A stretch of DNA of 46,712 nucleotides from Vulcanimicrobiota bacterium (GCA_003161555.1 PMOG01000180.1:1-46712), one strand, 5' to 3'; numbered from the stretch's first letter, positions 26,972-37,237 are shown. Translations and numbers: made by a program. Notes: generated from the sequence alone by a model not told the origin.

Positions 26972-27882
26972 GCCCCGGCGGCGGCCCGCGTGAGGCGATC
27001 GCGCACCGCGGCCGCGGCTTCACTCGCCGGCGGCAGCGTCGCCAGAATCGTGTCGTATCCGTCGGCGTCGAGGGCGCGCAACGTGGCGTACAAGGTGCGC
27101 GCGGCGATCGCGGAATCGTTCGGCAGCACGAGCAGCCCGACGCGTTCGCCGCGCGCGCGGTGCCGCTCGACTTCCGATGCGCGTACGGCTTCGTCGACCA
27201 GTTCGAGCCGGGCGCGCGGCGCATAGTGCGCCGGCAGCGCGCCCGGCGCGCGCACCGGACCGCCGGTGCGCTCGACGACTGCTTCCCCGAGCGCGGCGCT
27301 GAGCTGCGAGGGGGTGATCACGCCGGCGCGCAGCACCGCGGGGACGGCCGAGGTCAAGTCGACGATCGTCGACTCCACGCCGATGCGCGCCGAACCGCCG
27401 TCGACGATAAGCTCGACGGCATCGCCGAGGTCGTCGCGAACGTGCTGCGCGGTCGTCGGTGAGACGCGGCCGAAGCGATTCGCCGACGGGGCAGCGAGCG
27501 GTCCGCCGAACCCCGCGAGGATCGCGAGCGCCAACGGATGGTCGGGAACGCGCACGGCGACCGTGTCCTGGCCGCCGGTGACCGTGTGCGGCGTGCGCTC
27601 GCCGCGGTCAACGATCGCGGTCAACGGGCCCGGCCAGAAGTGCCGTGCCAGCACCGCCAGCGACGCCGGGACCGCGGCGACGTAACGCGACAGCGCCGCG
27701 AGCTCGTGCGCGTGGACGATCAGCGGATGGTCGACCGGCCGGCCTTTGATCGCGTACACCCGCGCGATCGCGTCGGGATTTTCCAGGTCGGCCGCGAGAC
27801 CGTAGACGGTTTCGGTCGGGATCGCGACGACGCCGCCGCGCCGCAGGATCGCGATCGCGCGCGCGACGCCGTCATCGGTCAT
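26968..27882 (-). CDS. tsaC: L-threonylcarbamoyladenylate synthase (Sua5)
   Basis: PTETVYGL, KGRP..HPLIVH, FWPGPLT, APSANRFG..SPT, GVESTIVD, PG....HYAP. Confidence 0.96.
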   Translation of the reverse strand: MTDDGVARAIAILRRGGVVAIPTETVYGLAADLENPDAIARVYAIKGRPVDHPLIVHAHELAALSRYVAAVPASLAVLARHFWPGPLTAIVDRGERTPHTVTGGQDTVAVRVPDHPLALAILAGFGGPLAAPSANRFGRVSPTTAQHVRDDLGDAVELIVDGGSARIGVESTIVDLTSAVPAVLRAGVITPSQLSAALGEAVVERTGGPVRAPGALPAHYAPRARLELVDEAVRASEVERHRARGERVGLLVLPNDSAIAARTLYATLRALDADGYDTILATLPPASEAAAAVRDRLTRAAAGA

Positions 27883-29180
27883 CGCGAGCGCACCGACCCG
27901 TCCGGCTCGATCGATGCGAAGCCCGCGAAGGGCTGGAGGACGTCCGGGATCGAGATGCCGCCGTCTGCGCGCTGACCGTTCTCCACGATCGCCAGCAGGG
28001 TGCGTCCCAGCGACAAACCCGAACCGTTGAGCGTGTGCACGAATTCGGGTTTGGCGGTTGCGTCCTGCCGAAACCGAATCGCACTGCGCCGCGCTTGAAA
28101 GTCGGTGCAGTTCGAGCAGGACGAGATCTCACGATAGCGCCCGAAGCTCGGCACCCACACTTCGAGGTCGTAGGTCTTCGCGCTGTTGAAACCGGTGTCG
28201 CCGGCGGCGAGCAGCATCGTGCGGTGGGCAAGTCCCAGCTCTTGGAGCAGGCCCGACGCATGCGACGTCAGCGTCTCGAGATCGTCGAACGAACGCGCCG
28301 GCGTGGTCAGCCACACCAGCTCGACTTTTTCGAACTGGTGCTGGCGAAAGAGCCCACGCGTATCCTTGCCGGCTGCACCGGCTTCCTTACGAAAGCACGG
28401 CGTGTAGGCCGTGTACTGCAGCGGAAGCTGCTCGGCCGCCAAGATCTCGTCGCGGTGCAAGCTGGTCAGCGGCACCTCGGCGGTCGGGATCAGGTACAGT
28501 TTCTCATCGCCGTCGCCTTCGAAGGCGTACATCTGATCCGAAAACTTCGAGAGCTGTCCGGTCGACCACATCGTCGTCTCGGAAACCAGCAGCGGGGGAT
28601 TGATCTCGGTGTAACCGTTGCGCGCCGCGCGATCCAGGAAGAACTGCGCGAGCGCGCGCGAGAGCCTTGCGCCGGCACCGCGCAGGATGGAAAAGCGCGC
28701 GCCCGACAGCTTCGCCGCGCGCTCGAAGTCGAAGATGCCGAGCGCCTCACCGAGCTCCCAGTGCGGTTTGGGCGCGAAGGCGAACTGCGGCGGCGAGCCC
28801 CAGCGGCGCACTTCGCGGTTGGCCGTTTCGTCGGAGCCGTCCGGAATGCTCGGGTCGACCAGGTTGGGCACCTCGGCGAGCGCCGTTGAGATCGCCTCCT
28901 CGAGGCGCGGGATTCCCGAGCCGGCGCTGCCGATCGACGCGTCGAGTTCCGCGATGCGCGGCCGGAGTTCAGCGGCCTTGGCCTTTTTGTCCGCAGCTTT
29001 GGAAATCTCGGCACTCAAGGCATTTTTCTGTGCCTTGAGCTGCTCGACGGCAGTGAGGAGACTGCGATGCTCCCCATCGAGCGCGAGGACGCGGTCGACG
29101 AATTCGGTCGAAATGCCTCGCCGCCGCGACGCCGTACGGACGCGCCCGGGCTCGCGGCGCAGAACTTCCAGATTCAACAC
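27879..29180 (-). CDS. serS: Serine--tRNA ligase
   Basis: N-terminal coiled coil, PTAEVP, FRKEAG, RQHQFEKVE, EISSCSNCTDFQARR, HTLNGSGL. Confidence 0.98.
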   Translation of the reverse strand: MLNLEVLRREPGRVRTASRRRGISTEFVDRVLALDGEHRSLLTAVEQLKAQKNALSAEISKAADKKAKAAELRPRIAELDASIGSAGSGIPRLEEAISTALAEVPNLVDPSIPDGSDETANREVRRWGSPPQFAFAPKPHWELGEALGIFDFERAAKLSGARFSILRGAGARLSRALAQFFLDRAARNGYTEINPPLLVSETTMWSTGQLSKFSDQMYAFEGDGDEKLYLIPTAEVPLTSLHRDEILAAEQLPLQYTAYTPCFRKEAGAAGKDTRGLFRQHQFEKVELVWLTTPARSFDDLETLTSHASGLLQELGLAHRTMLLAAGDTGFNSAKTYDLEVWVPSFGRYREISSCSNCTDFQARRSAIRFRQDATAKPEFVHTLNGSGLSLGRTLLAIVENGQRADGGISIPDVLQPFAGFASIEPDGSVRSR

Positions 29181-29262
29181 GTTCGCGCGCCGTTACCCGG
29201 CCGCCGGACGGTGTCCTACCGGTCGCGAGACCTCACGGCCCTCCACGTCGAAACGGGTTCCG

Positions 29263-30495
29263 ATGCGTTCGATGCAGCCCGGCGCTGCCTTCAACCCGGA
29301 CTTGCTCCTCGCGCCAGAGGCCGCGCTCGCGACCTATGTGGCGGCGGTCCGGCCCACGACGCTGGGGTCGGAAGACGTGCCGCTCGCGGCCGCCTTCGGA
29401 CGCATCCTCGCGCGTGACGCCGTGGCGGACGGACCGTATCCGGCCGCGGATCGCTCGACGATGGACGGTTTCGCGGTGCGCGTCGCCGACGGAACCCGAC
29501 CGCGCCGGGTCACCGCCACGATTCGCATGGGCGCCGCGCCGCCCGGAGCGGTGGATGCGGGCGAGGCGATGCGCATCCCGACCGGGGGCGTGCTGCCGTC
29601 CGGCGCCGACGCGGTGCTTCCGATCGAAGACGCCGACGAACGGGACGGCATCCTGTACGCGCACGCCGCGCCCGCGCCGCGCGAGTTCATCACGCCGCGC
29701 GGCGACGACATGGCGACCGGCGACTGCGTGCTGCCCGCCGGCCGCCGCATCGGTGCCCCGGAACTCTCGGTCCTGGCCACGCTCGGTCAGGCGATGGTCA
29801 GCGTGTTCCGGCGTCCGCGCGTGGCGATCGTCCCGACCGGCGACGAACTGGTCGACCTCGAGCGTGCGCCGGCGGCCGGCCAGGTCCGCGACTCGAATCG
29901 CTGGGCGATCGCCGGCGGGTTGGCGGCGCTCGGATCCACGATCGTGCAGTTGTCGCGCGCCGAAGATGAAGCCGACGCGATCGCCCGGCGCATCGCGGAA
30001 GGCCTCGCATCCGCCGACGCGGTCGTGCTCACCGGGGGCTCGTCGGTCGGTGCGCGCGATCAGGTTCCCGCCGCGATCGATCAGCTCGGCCCGCCCGGCG
30101 TCATCGTGCACGGACTCAAAGTGAAACCCGGGAAGCCGACCGTGCTGGCCGCGGTCGATGGGCGCCCGGTGATCGGGCTGCCCGGGAATCCCGCCAGCGC
30201 GCTGACGATCTTCAGCGCGATCGCGGCTCCGCTGCTGCGCGCGCTGACCGGCGAGACCGCATCGCGTCCGGCGACGGTCGCGTCGTTCGCCGTGGAGCCG
30301 TTTGCGGGACGCGCGGGTTGGACGTGGTACGTGCCGGCCGAGTTCGTCGCGGGCGGCGTCCGCCCGCTCGCGCTGCGCTCGGCGCATACCAGTTTGCTGG
30401 CGCGCGCGGACGGTTACGTGGTCGTCGGCCCCGAACCGGATCGCATCGAAGCCGGCGCGCCCGTCGTGCTTGCCCGTTACGGAGGAATGGTGTGA
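29263..30495 (+). CDS. moeA: Molybdopterin molybdotransferase
   Basis: STMDGFA, IPTGG..P.GADAV..E, TGDEL, RDSN, TGGSSVG.RD, KPGKP, LPGNP.S. Confidence 0.95.
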   Translation: MRSMQPGAAFNPDLLLAPEAALATYVAAVRPTTLGSEDVPLAAAFGRILARDAVADGPYPAADRSTMDGFAVRVADGTRPRRVTATIRMGAAPPGAVDAGEAMRIPTGGVLPSGADAVLPIEDADERDGILYAHAAPAPREFITPRGDDMATGDCVLPAGRRIGAPELSVLATLGQAMVSVFRRPRVAIVPTGDELVDLERAPAAGQVRDSNRWAIAGGLAALGSTIVQLSRAEDEADAIARRIAEGLASADAVVLTGGSSVGARDQVPAAIDQLGPPGVIVHGLKVKPGKPTVLAAVDGRPVIGLPGNPASALTIFSAIAAPLLRALTGETASRPATVASFAVEPFAGRAGWTWYVPAEFVAGGVRPLALRSAHTSLLARADGYVVVGPEPDRIEAGAPVVLARYGGMV

Positions 30496-31046
30496 ACCGC
30501 TGGCTCGTGGTCGTTGCCGCATCGATCGCTTTGAGCGGCTGCGGCACCATCAACCAAAAAGTGCCCGATCCATTCGGCACCCGGCAGGCCGCCGACGTGC
30601 TGCACGACGGCCTGGTCCTGGCTGAGGTGAAAGCCAAACTGACCCAGGCGGATCCGGACTCCGCGACCACGCTGGGCGTATCGGTTCGCGACGGCGTCGT
30701 CGAGCTGAAGGGCAGCGTGCGCGATGCCGCGCATCGGACGCGCGATGTCGCAACGGCGCGCACGGTCTCGGGCGTGCGCGTCGTCATCGACAACCTGCGG
30801 GTCGATCCGCACGGCCCGCGGCCGGGACTCGAGCTGGGCGAAGCCGCCTTGCAGGCGCGGATCATGGCGGCGTATACGGCCCAAGTCGGTTTGCAGGAGC
30901 ACGTCGGGGTGAAGGTCGATCGCGGGGTCGTGACGCTGAGCGGAACGGTGGCGAACGCCAAGACCCGGCAAACGATCGTGACCACGGCGCGTGGGACCAC
31001 CGGGGTGCGCGAGGTCGTCGACCACATTCGCATCGGCAAGCCGTGA
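30492..31046 (+). CDS. Dual BON-domain lipoprotein
   Basis: Lipobox LSGC; two BON repeats (GVVELKGSV...GVR.V.DNL; GVVTLSGTV...GVREVVDHI). Confidence 0.88.
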   Translation: MNRWLVVVAASIALSGCGTINQKVPDPFGTRQAADVLHDGLVLAEVKAKLTQADPDSATTLGVSVRDGVVELKGSVRDAAHRTRDVATARTVSGVRVVIDNLRVDPHGPRPGLELGEAALQARIMAAYTAQVGLQEHVGVKVDRGVVTLSGTVANAKTRQTIVTTARGTTGVREVVDHIRIGKP

Positions 31047-32167
31047 CGCCGCCGCGCCTGCCGCGGCCGACCGAACTCGTATCGGCGGCCCCCGCGATGA
31101 CCCCGTTCGTCGCGCCGGAGGAGCTGGCGCGCCGCGTGGGCCGCAGCGAACTGCTGCGGCTGGGTGCGAACGAGAGCGCCTTCGGCCCCTCGCCGCGGGC
31201 GATCGCCGCGATGCGCGAGGCCGTCGCGCTGACGTCGTGGTACGGCGATCCGGAGTCGCTCGAACTGCGCGCGGCACTGGCGCAGCGACATCGCTGCGCG
31301 GCGGACGAAATCGTCGTCGCGAGCGGGATCGACGATCTGATGGGGCTGATCGTGCGTGCCTATTGCGCGCCCGGCGACGCATGCGTGGCCACGCGGGGAA
31401 CCTATCCGACGCTGTTCTATCACCTGCACGCGTACGGCGCGCGAGCCGAATTCGCCGAACCGGCCGCCGACGGTGCCTTCGACCCTGGGGCGATCGTCGA
31501 CGCGGTCGCGCGCTCGGGCGCGAAACTCGTCTACGTCGCCAATCCGGACAATCCGTCGGGAACCTTTGCCGACCGGGCGACGCTCGCCCAACTGCGCGAA
31601 GCGCTGCCGGATGACGTGCTCCTATTTCTGGATGAGGCGTACGCCGACTTCGTTCCGGTCGACGAGCTGCCGCCCGACGTGATCGATCCGCGCACGATCC
31701 GCACGCGCACCTTCTCGAAGGCGTTCGGCATGGCCGGGGCGCGCATCGGCTACGCGCTCGCGTCGGCCGACGTGATCGCGGTCTTTCAGAAACTGCGCTT
31801 ACACTTCGGCGTCAACCGCACCGGCCAGATCGGCGCGCTGGCCGCACTCGACGACGATGCGTTTCTGCGCGGCGTCGTCTCCGAAGTCGCGCGCGGCCGG
31901 AACGACTACTACGCGCTGGCCGACCGGCTGGGATTGCCGTCGGTCCCCTCGTTCACGAACTTCGTCTGCATCGGCATCGGCACGCGCCTGCAGGCCGAGG
32001 CAATGGTCGGCGCGCTGCTCGAAGCGGGTGTCTTCGTGCGCAAGCCCTGGGCACCGCCGCTCGACGGCTACGTTCGGGTCACGGTCGGAACGGTCGCTGA
32101 GCGGGCCCGCTTGGCCGAGCGTTTCATCGCCGCGCTCGACCGCGTGCGCGAGAAGGCTGCTTCGTGA
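31043..32167 (+). CDS. Histidinol-phosphate aminotransferase-like class I/II PLP enzyme
   Basis: LGANES.FGPSP, NPDNPSG, DEAY, RTFSKAFG.AG.RIGY. Confidence 0.88.
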   Translation: MTPPRLPRPTELVSAAPAMTPFVAPEELARRVGRSELLRLGANESAFGPSPRAIAAMREAVALTSWYGDPESLELRAALAQRHRCAADEIVVASGIDDLMGLIVRAYCAPGDACVATRGTYPTLFYHLHAYGARAEFAEPAADGAFDPGAIVDAVARSGAKLVYVANPDNPSGTFADRATLAQLREALPDDVLLFLDEAYADFVPVDELPPDVIDPRTIRTRTFSKAFGMAGARIGYALASADVIAVFQKLRLHFGVNRTGQIGALAALDDDAFLRGVVSEVARGRNDYYALADRLGLPSVPSFTNFVCIGIGTRLQAEAMVGALLEAGVFVRKPWAPPLDGYVRVTVGTVAERARLAERFIAALDRVREKAAS

Positions 32168-32889
32168 GATACGCGGTCGTCTCCGACGTGCATGCAAACA
32201 TCGAAGCGCTCGACGCTGCCTTCGCGCTGATCCGCGACGACGATGAAGTGTTTTGCCTGGGCGATATGGTTGGCTACGGCCCCAACCCCAACGAGTGCGT
32301 CGACCGGCTGCGCGCGCGCGTGACGGCGGCGGTGCTGGGCAACCACGACGTTGCCGCGATCGACAACTACGGCCTGGCGTACTTCAACCCGGCGGCTCGT
32401 GACGCGCTGCGTTGGACGCAGGGCGTCCTCAGCGCGGAGAATCGCGACTGGCTGGACAGCTTGGGTTACGAATTTCGTCGTCCGGACTTCTTGCTGGTCC
32501 ACGGTGCGCCGGTGAACTACTTCGAATACATCCTCGACAAGGCCGGCGCCGCGCGCGCCTTCGCGGCGACCGACGCGCGGCTGATCTTCATCGGCCACAC
32601 CCATATCGCCGAAGTCTACGCCCGCGATCCGGACGGCACGATCGAGCACGTGCACCTGCAGCACGGCGGGGAGGTTCCGCTCGTCGACGGCGTTCGGTAT
32701 CTGATCAACGTCGGCAGCGTCGGCCAGCCCCGCGATCTCAACCCGCAGGCGTCGTTCGGTTTCTACGATCCCGGTGCGCAGACGGTGCGCATCGAGCGCG
32801 TCGACTACGCGATCGCGCGCGTTCGGGAAAAGATTGCTTCGGTGCAGCTGCCCGACGCGTTGGGACGCCGCCTGCTCGTCGGCCGGTAA
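32164..32889 (+). CDS. Metallophosphoesterase (calcineurin-like)
   Basis: SDVHAN, GDMVGYG, GNHD, VHG, GHTH, NVGSVGQPRD. Confidence 0.93.
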   Translation: MRYAVVSDVHANIEALDAAFALIRDDDEVFCLGDMVGYGPNPNECVDRLRARVTAAVLGNHDVAAIDNYGLAYFNPAARDALRWTQGVLSAENRDWLDSLGYEFRRPDFLLVHGAPVNYFEYILDKAGAARAFAATDARLIFIGHTHIAEVYARDPDGTIEHVHLQHGGEVPLVDGVRYLINVGSVGQPRDLNPQASFGFYDPGAQTVRIERVDYAIARVREKIASVQLPDALGRRLLVGR

Positions 32890-32965
32890 GCGCGTCCCCG
32901 GCAGCCGTCCCGGCCGGGTCGGACAGGCGGAAGTCGCCGCGAGGGGCCGGAACATCCGGGACGCT

Positions 32966-33928
32966 GTGCGCTTCGTAGCCCTTTTCTTGCTCGCCGCCGT
33001 CCCGCTGCTCGCCGCGTCGCCCGCTCCCAAGGCCGGTGTTGCGCTGCGCAACGATTACCTCAATCCGGCGTTCACCGGGCCGCTCGGTGCCGGGCTGCGG
33101 GAATTCTACACGCGCGACTTCAATGCGGCCGGCAAGGATTTCACCGCGGCGCTGGCCGTCGTACCGGACAATACGCTTGCGATTTCGATGCTCAACGCGA
33201 CCGCGGCGCAGACGCCGGGCGATCTCGATGCGCTGGTCGAGAACGAAGAAGATGCGCTGGTGAAGGCGCCCAAGAGCGCGCAGGCGCACGTGCGGGTCGC
33301 CTTCTCCTACATGTTCGCATCGCTGACCGGACGCGACCGCACGCTCGACGCGCGCGAGGAACTCAACGCTGCGGTGCAGCTCGACCCGACCTCGCAAGCG
33401 GCCCATACGGGCCTCGGGATCATGCGCGAGAGCGAGCGCAGCACGAACCGCGCCAAGACGGAGTTCCTGGCCGCGCTGCAGAGCGATCCGCAAAACATTC
33501 TCGCGCGCGAGTATCTGGCGCTGATCTATCAGGACGATCTCAAGGATCCGCAGCGCGCGCTGACGACGGTGATCGACGTACCGAACTTGGTTCCGGACTA
33601 CGCCGATATCTATTTTCACATCGCCTCGCTGCTGCACGACCTCGGCCAGTACGATGCCGCCATCAGTTATGCGACGCGGGGCGTCGAGGCCGACGTCGGC
33701 CACGTCGGCGAGTCGGGACAGCATGGCTACACGCTGCTGGCCCGGATTTACCTCGACGACAAGAAGCCCGACGATGCCCGGCGTGTGCTGCGCGCCTCGA
33801 TCGCCGCCGGCAGCGATGTCGGGTATGCGACCACCTTGCTGAAGCGGATCGATGACGGCGCCTACGAGGCCACCTCGCCATCGCCCGGACCGTCGTCGAC
33901 GCCGGCGCCGAAACGCAAGCCCGCGTGA
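32966..33928 (+). CDS. Exported TPR protein
   Basis: Signal peptide from GTG 32966 followed by several TPR-like repeats. Confidence 0.8.
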   Translation: MRFVALFLLAAVPLLAASPAPKAGVALRNDYLNPAFTGPLGAGLREFYTRDFNAAGKDFTAALAVVPDNTLAISMLNATAAQTPGDLDALVENEEDALVKAPKSAQAHVRVAFSYMFASLTGRDRTLDAREELNAAVQLDPTSQAAHTGLGIMRESERSTNRAKTEFLAALQSDPQNILAREYLALIYQDDLKDPQRALTTVIDVPNLVPDYADIYFHIASLLHDLGQYDAAISYATRGVEADVGHVGESGQHGYTLLARIYLDDKKPDDARRVLRASIAAGSDVGYATTLLKRIDDGAYEATSPSPGPSSTPAPKRKPA

Positions 33929-34374
33929 GCGGCCCGGTCTGGGTCGACGACGGGCGCTGCTTCGCCTGCGGCCCGTTCAGCGCCGACGGCCTGCATCTTC
34001 ATTTCACGCCGAGCGGCTCGCAGAGCGTGCGAGCCGAGATCACGCTGCCGCCGCGTTTCCAAGGCTGGCGCGGGACCGCCCATGGAGGCATCGTGATGAC
34101 CCTGCTGGACGAAGCGATGGCGCACGCTTGCGGAAACATCGGCGAGCGCGGTGTCACCGCCTCGATGGAACTGCGCTTTCGTGGTCCGGTGCCGCTGGGA
34201 ACGCCGCTGGTCGTCACCGGTTCGGTGAAGTGGAAGCGCCGCCAGGTCATGGGGGTCGAGGCCGCGGTCAGCTTGGCCGACGGGACCGTGCTTGCGACCG
34301 GCGAGGGGTCGTTTGTCAGCCGCGGCCCGCTGGGAAAGCCGCGCTACGGTATCCCGGACACGGACGCCGTCTGA
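33925..34374 (+). CDS. PaaI-family hotdog thioesterase
   Basis: CFACG....GL.L.F, FQGW.G.AHGGI..TLLDEAM. Confidence 0.9.
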   Translation: MSGPVWVDDGRCFACGPFSADGLHLHFTPSGSQSVRAEITLPPRFQGWRGTAHGGIVMTLLDEAMAHACGNIGERGVTASMELRFRGPVPLGTPLVVTGSVKWKRRQVMGVEAAVSLADGTVLATGEGSFVSRGPLGKPRYGIPDTDAV

Positions 34375-34871
34375 TGGCGAAGATGAAAGCGGCCCGCACC
34401 GCCGCCAAGGCCGAGCGGGCCGCCAAAGCGCCCGAACCCTCGCTCGACAATCGCCGCGCGCGCCGCGAGTACGAGAAGCTCGAATCGCTCGAAACGGGCT
34501 TGGCACTGACCGGCACCGAGATCAAGTCGATCCGGCGCGGGAACGTCTCGATCAACGAGGCCTTCGCGCGGCTGCGCGAGGGCGAACTCTGGCTTGTCAA
34601 CCTGACGATCCCGCAGTATAAGGAAGGCTCGTTCTTCAACCACGAGCCCAACCGGCCGCGAAAATTGCTGCTGCACCGGGAGCAGATCGAACGGTTGGCC
34701 GGACGCGCGGCGGAAAAGGGGCTGACGCTGGTCCCCTGGCGACTCTATTTCAAGCGCGGCCGCGTCAAGATCGAACTGGCGCTGGTGCGCGGCAAGAAGC
34801 TATGGGACCGGCGGCGCGATCTCCAAGCGCGCGATGTCGAGCGCGAAATCGCCCGTTCGGTCTCACGCTGA
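34374..34871 (+). CDS. smpB: SsrA-binding protein
   Basis: NRRARREY, E.GL.LTGTEIKSIR, HEP.RPRKLLLH, GLTLVP, RGKK.WD.R. Confidence 0.97.
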   Translation: MAKMKAARTAAKAERAAKAPEPSLDNRRARREYEKLESLETGLALTGTEIKSIRRGNVSINEAFARLREGELWLVNLTIPQYKEGSFFNHEPNRPRKLLLHREQIERLAGRAAEKGLTLVPWRLYFKRGRVKIELALVRGKKLWDRRRDLQARDVEREIARSVSR

Positions 34872-34920
34872 GGTTCGCGATGCGTCACCGTCGGCTGAGC
34901 CGCGGCGCCCGAGGTACCTG

Positions 34921-35059
34921 ATGCGCGGGGCGCGACCGGAGCGCGCGCTCGACGTCGTAGTCCGTGCCGCGCTGCGGTCCGATCGCGGGGCGCGCGTGCT
35001 GGCGGCGTGTTCGGGCGGCCCCGACTCCGTCGCGTTGGCCGCGCTGCTGGCCCGGCTCG
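34921..35059 (+). pseudogene. tilS: N-terminal fragment of tRNA(Ile)-lysidine synthase, cut at an apparent chimeric junction
   Basis: VLAACSGGPDSVALAALL PP-loop after smpB; no further TilS motifs follow. Confidence 0.7.
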
Positions 35060-36051
35060 AGGCGCTCGAGGCGACCCTTGACGCGCCGCTCACACGCTTC
35101 GAGCTCCTCACGGTCGGTGCGCTGCTGCACTTCGCCGACGAGGCCGTCGACGCCGCGGTCGTCGAGGTCGGGCTCGGCGGCACCTGGGACGCGACGAACG
35201 TGATCGACGCGCGGGTGGCCGTGGTCACCAACGTCGCGCTCGACCACACCGAGGTGCTCGGGGACACCGTCGAGGCCATCGCACGCGACAAGGTGGGAAT
35301 CGTCAAGCCCGGCTCGATCTGCGTGCTCGGCGACCCCGACCCCGCGACCGTCGAGCTGCAGGCGCGGCTCGCGCAGGTGCACGGGGCGCTCGAGGTGTGG
35401 CGTAACGACCACGAGATCGTCCTCACCGCCAACGGACTCGCGCTCGGCGGTCGGGTCGTCTCGGTCCACACGCCGGTGGGCGCGCACGACGACGTGCTCG
35501 TGACGCTGCACGGCCGGCACCAGGGGCCGAACGCGTTGTGCGCGATCGCCGCGGCCGAGGCGTTCGGCAACGTCGCGCTCAACGACGCCACCGTCGTCCG
35601 AGCACTCGGCGCGATCCGCGTGCCGGGTCGCATGGAGGTGCTCTCGACGCGTCCGCTCGTGATCGTTGACGGCGCGCACAACCCCGCGGGCACCGAGGCG
35701 CTCGCCGAGTCGCTCGCCGAGGAGTTCAACGTGCTCGGCACCACGCGAGCGGTGATCGGCGTGCTGTCCAACCGCAACCCGAGCGAGCTGCTCGCGCCGC
35801 TCGCCGAGTGCGGCGTCGAGGTCGTGTACTGCTGCCGCGCCGACACGCCGCGCGCGCTCGACCCGAGCGTCATCGCCGACGCCGCGCGATCCCTGGGCAT
35901 GGTGGCCAACGTCGTCGACGACGTCGGGCGCGCGCTCGACGCCGCCACCGCTGATGCGGGTCCCGAGGACCTCATCGTGGTGGCGGGCAGCTTCTACGTC
36001 GTCGGCGCCGCCCGCGGCCACGCCCTCGGGCTCCCCCCGCATCGCGGCTGA
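35041..36051 (+). CDS. folC: Folylpolyglutamate/dihydrofolate synthase, 5'-truncated (in frame with the TilS fragment from ATG 34921)
   Basis: FELLT, EVGLGG.WDATNV, LDH...LG.T...IA.DK.GI.K, PGRME, DGAHNP, AGSFYVVG; lacks the GTNGK P-loop and SPHL motifs. Confidence 0.88.
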   Translation, partial: ALLARLEALEATLDAPLTRFELLTVGALLHFADEAVDAAVVEVGLGGTWDATNVIDARVAVVTNVALDHTEVLGDTVEAIARDKVGIVKPGSICVLGDPDPATVELQARLAQVHGALEVWRNDHEIVLTANGLALGGRVVSVHTPVGAHDDVLVTLHGRHQGPNALCAIAAAEAFGNVALNDATVVRALGAIRVPGRMEVLSTRPLVIVDGAHNPAGTEALAESLAEEFNVLGTTRAVIGVLSNRNPSELLAPLAECGVEVVYCCRADTPRALDPSVIADAARSLGMVANVVDDVGRALDAATADAGPEDLIVVAGSFYVVGAARGHALGLPPHRG

Positions 36052-36075
36052 GGGCCCCTGCTACCTTCTGGCGCC

Positions 36076-36486
36076 GTGGATCGCACCCTGGTCATCGTCA
36101 AGCCCGACGGCGTCGAGCGACGTCTGATCGGCGAGATCCTGGGCCGTCTCGAGCGTCGGGGCCTGACGATCGTCGCTGGCGACCTGCGCCAGATCGACGA
36201 GGCGACGGCCAAGCGCCACTACGCCGAGCACGAGGGGAAGCCGTTCTTCGGCGACGTGATCGCCTTCATCACGAGGTCGCCGTCGTTCGTCTGCGCGATC
36301 GAGGGACCATCGGGCACCTGGGCGATCGTGCGCGCGGCGATGGGCGCGACCAACCCCGCCGACGCCGCGCCCGGGACGATCCGCGGCGACCTCGCGACCG
36401 AGCTCACCGAGAACCTGATCCACGGCTCGGACTCCGCGGCGTCCGCCGAGCGCGAGCTCGCGCTGTTCTTCCCCACGCTTCGCTGA
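36076..36486 (+). CDS. ndk: Nucleoside diphosphate kinase
   Basis: [46 protein letters not shown]. Confidence 0.98.
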   Translation: MDRTLVIVKPDGVERRLIGEILGRLERRGLTIVAGDLRQIDEATAKRHYAEHEGKPFFGDVIAFITRSPSFVCAIEGPSGTWAIVRAAMGATNPADAAPGTIRGDLATELTENLIHGSDSAASAERELALFFPTLR

Positions 36487-36495
36487 CCAATGGCT

Positions 36496-36540
36496 CGAGC
36501 ATCGCGGTCCTCATAGAAGAGGGACCCACGCGGTGCTTCG
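36496..36540 (+). terminator. Long hairpin after ndk (U-less terminator candidate)
   Basis: GAGCATCGCG/CGCGGTGCTT enclosing GTCCTC/GAGGGAC. Confidence 0.5.
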
Positions 36541-37140
36541 CGAACGCGCTCGAGCGGCCTGGCGCGGCGCGCGCGGTGACGACACCCGACGCGGCGTGCC
36601 CTCGAGGCGAGCCGCGGGCGCTGCGAGCACCTACTCCATATCTGCGGTCCCGGCGGCCTGACGAGCGCGCCGGTCGGCCCGTCGTCGCCGGACGCTCGAA
36701 GGCGACGCGACGACGGACTTCGGCGCACCCTCGGCGATCAGCGACCTCGACCGACGCCCGCTGCAGGGAGCGGACGAGCGACGTCGTTGCCGTGATCCGG
36801 CAGGGCTGCTGGATGTGCCTCGACGACGGTGCCGCGCGCACGGGGACGCCGTTGCGCACGGGCCCACGCCGACGAGGGCGCGACGTCGACACGATGGTGC
36901 GACACGTGGCCGAGGCCGGGGTTGCCGGCGCGCGGGGGCTCGGACTGTCGGTCGCGGCGACGAAGGTGGATCCCGAAGCGCGTGTGGGAGCTGCGACACC
37001 GAGCCTCGGCGTGCTCCGCGGCGACGCGACGCTCGATCGCGAGGGCAGTGGCCCGTGCGCGACGCGGCGCGGTGCATCGGCTGGCACGTCCTGCGACCAC
37101 GCCGTCGAGATCGTGCACGGCACGACGTGGCGGGACGCGC

Positions 37141-37200
37141 GCACCGCACGGCATGCACACGCGCGCACACAGCACGCACACAGCACGCACGAAGGTGCAC
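37141..37200. repeat. GCAC-rich tract including an 11-bp tandem repeat (GCACACAGCAC x2)
   Basis: Nine GCAC copies in 60 bp; exact repeats at 37165-37175 and 37176-37186. Confidence 0.7.
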
Positions 37201-37237
37201 GCAGATCCCTGATGAGGGCGGCATTATCACGGGCGGC

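Noticed and set aside
28618-29262. Long N-terminal extensions on moeA and on the decarboxylase, kynA, mreC, mrdA and smpB ORFs
   Set aside because: Artefacts of first-start ORF calling; downstream starts with an RBS or stop/start coupling fit family lengths
34872-34920. tmRNA (ssrA) next to smpB
   Set aside because: Only 49 bp are available and there is no GGGG...TCCACCA tRNA-like domain
34921-36051. A novel bifunctional TilS-FolC enzyme
   Set aside because: Both halves lack essential catalytic regions and codon usage changes at the join; a chimeric junction explains it better
37141-37200. CRISPR array or iteron origin
   Set aside because: Units are too short, with no spacers, cas or rep gene, or AT-rich unwinding region
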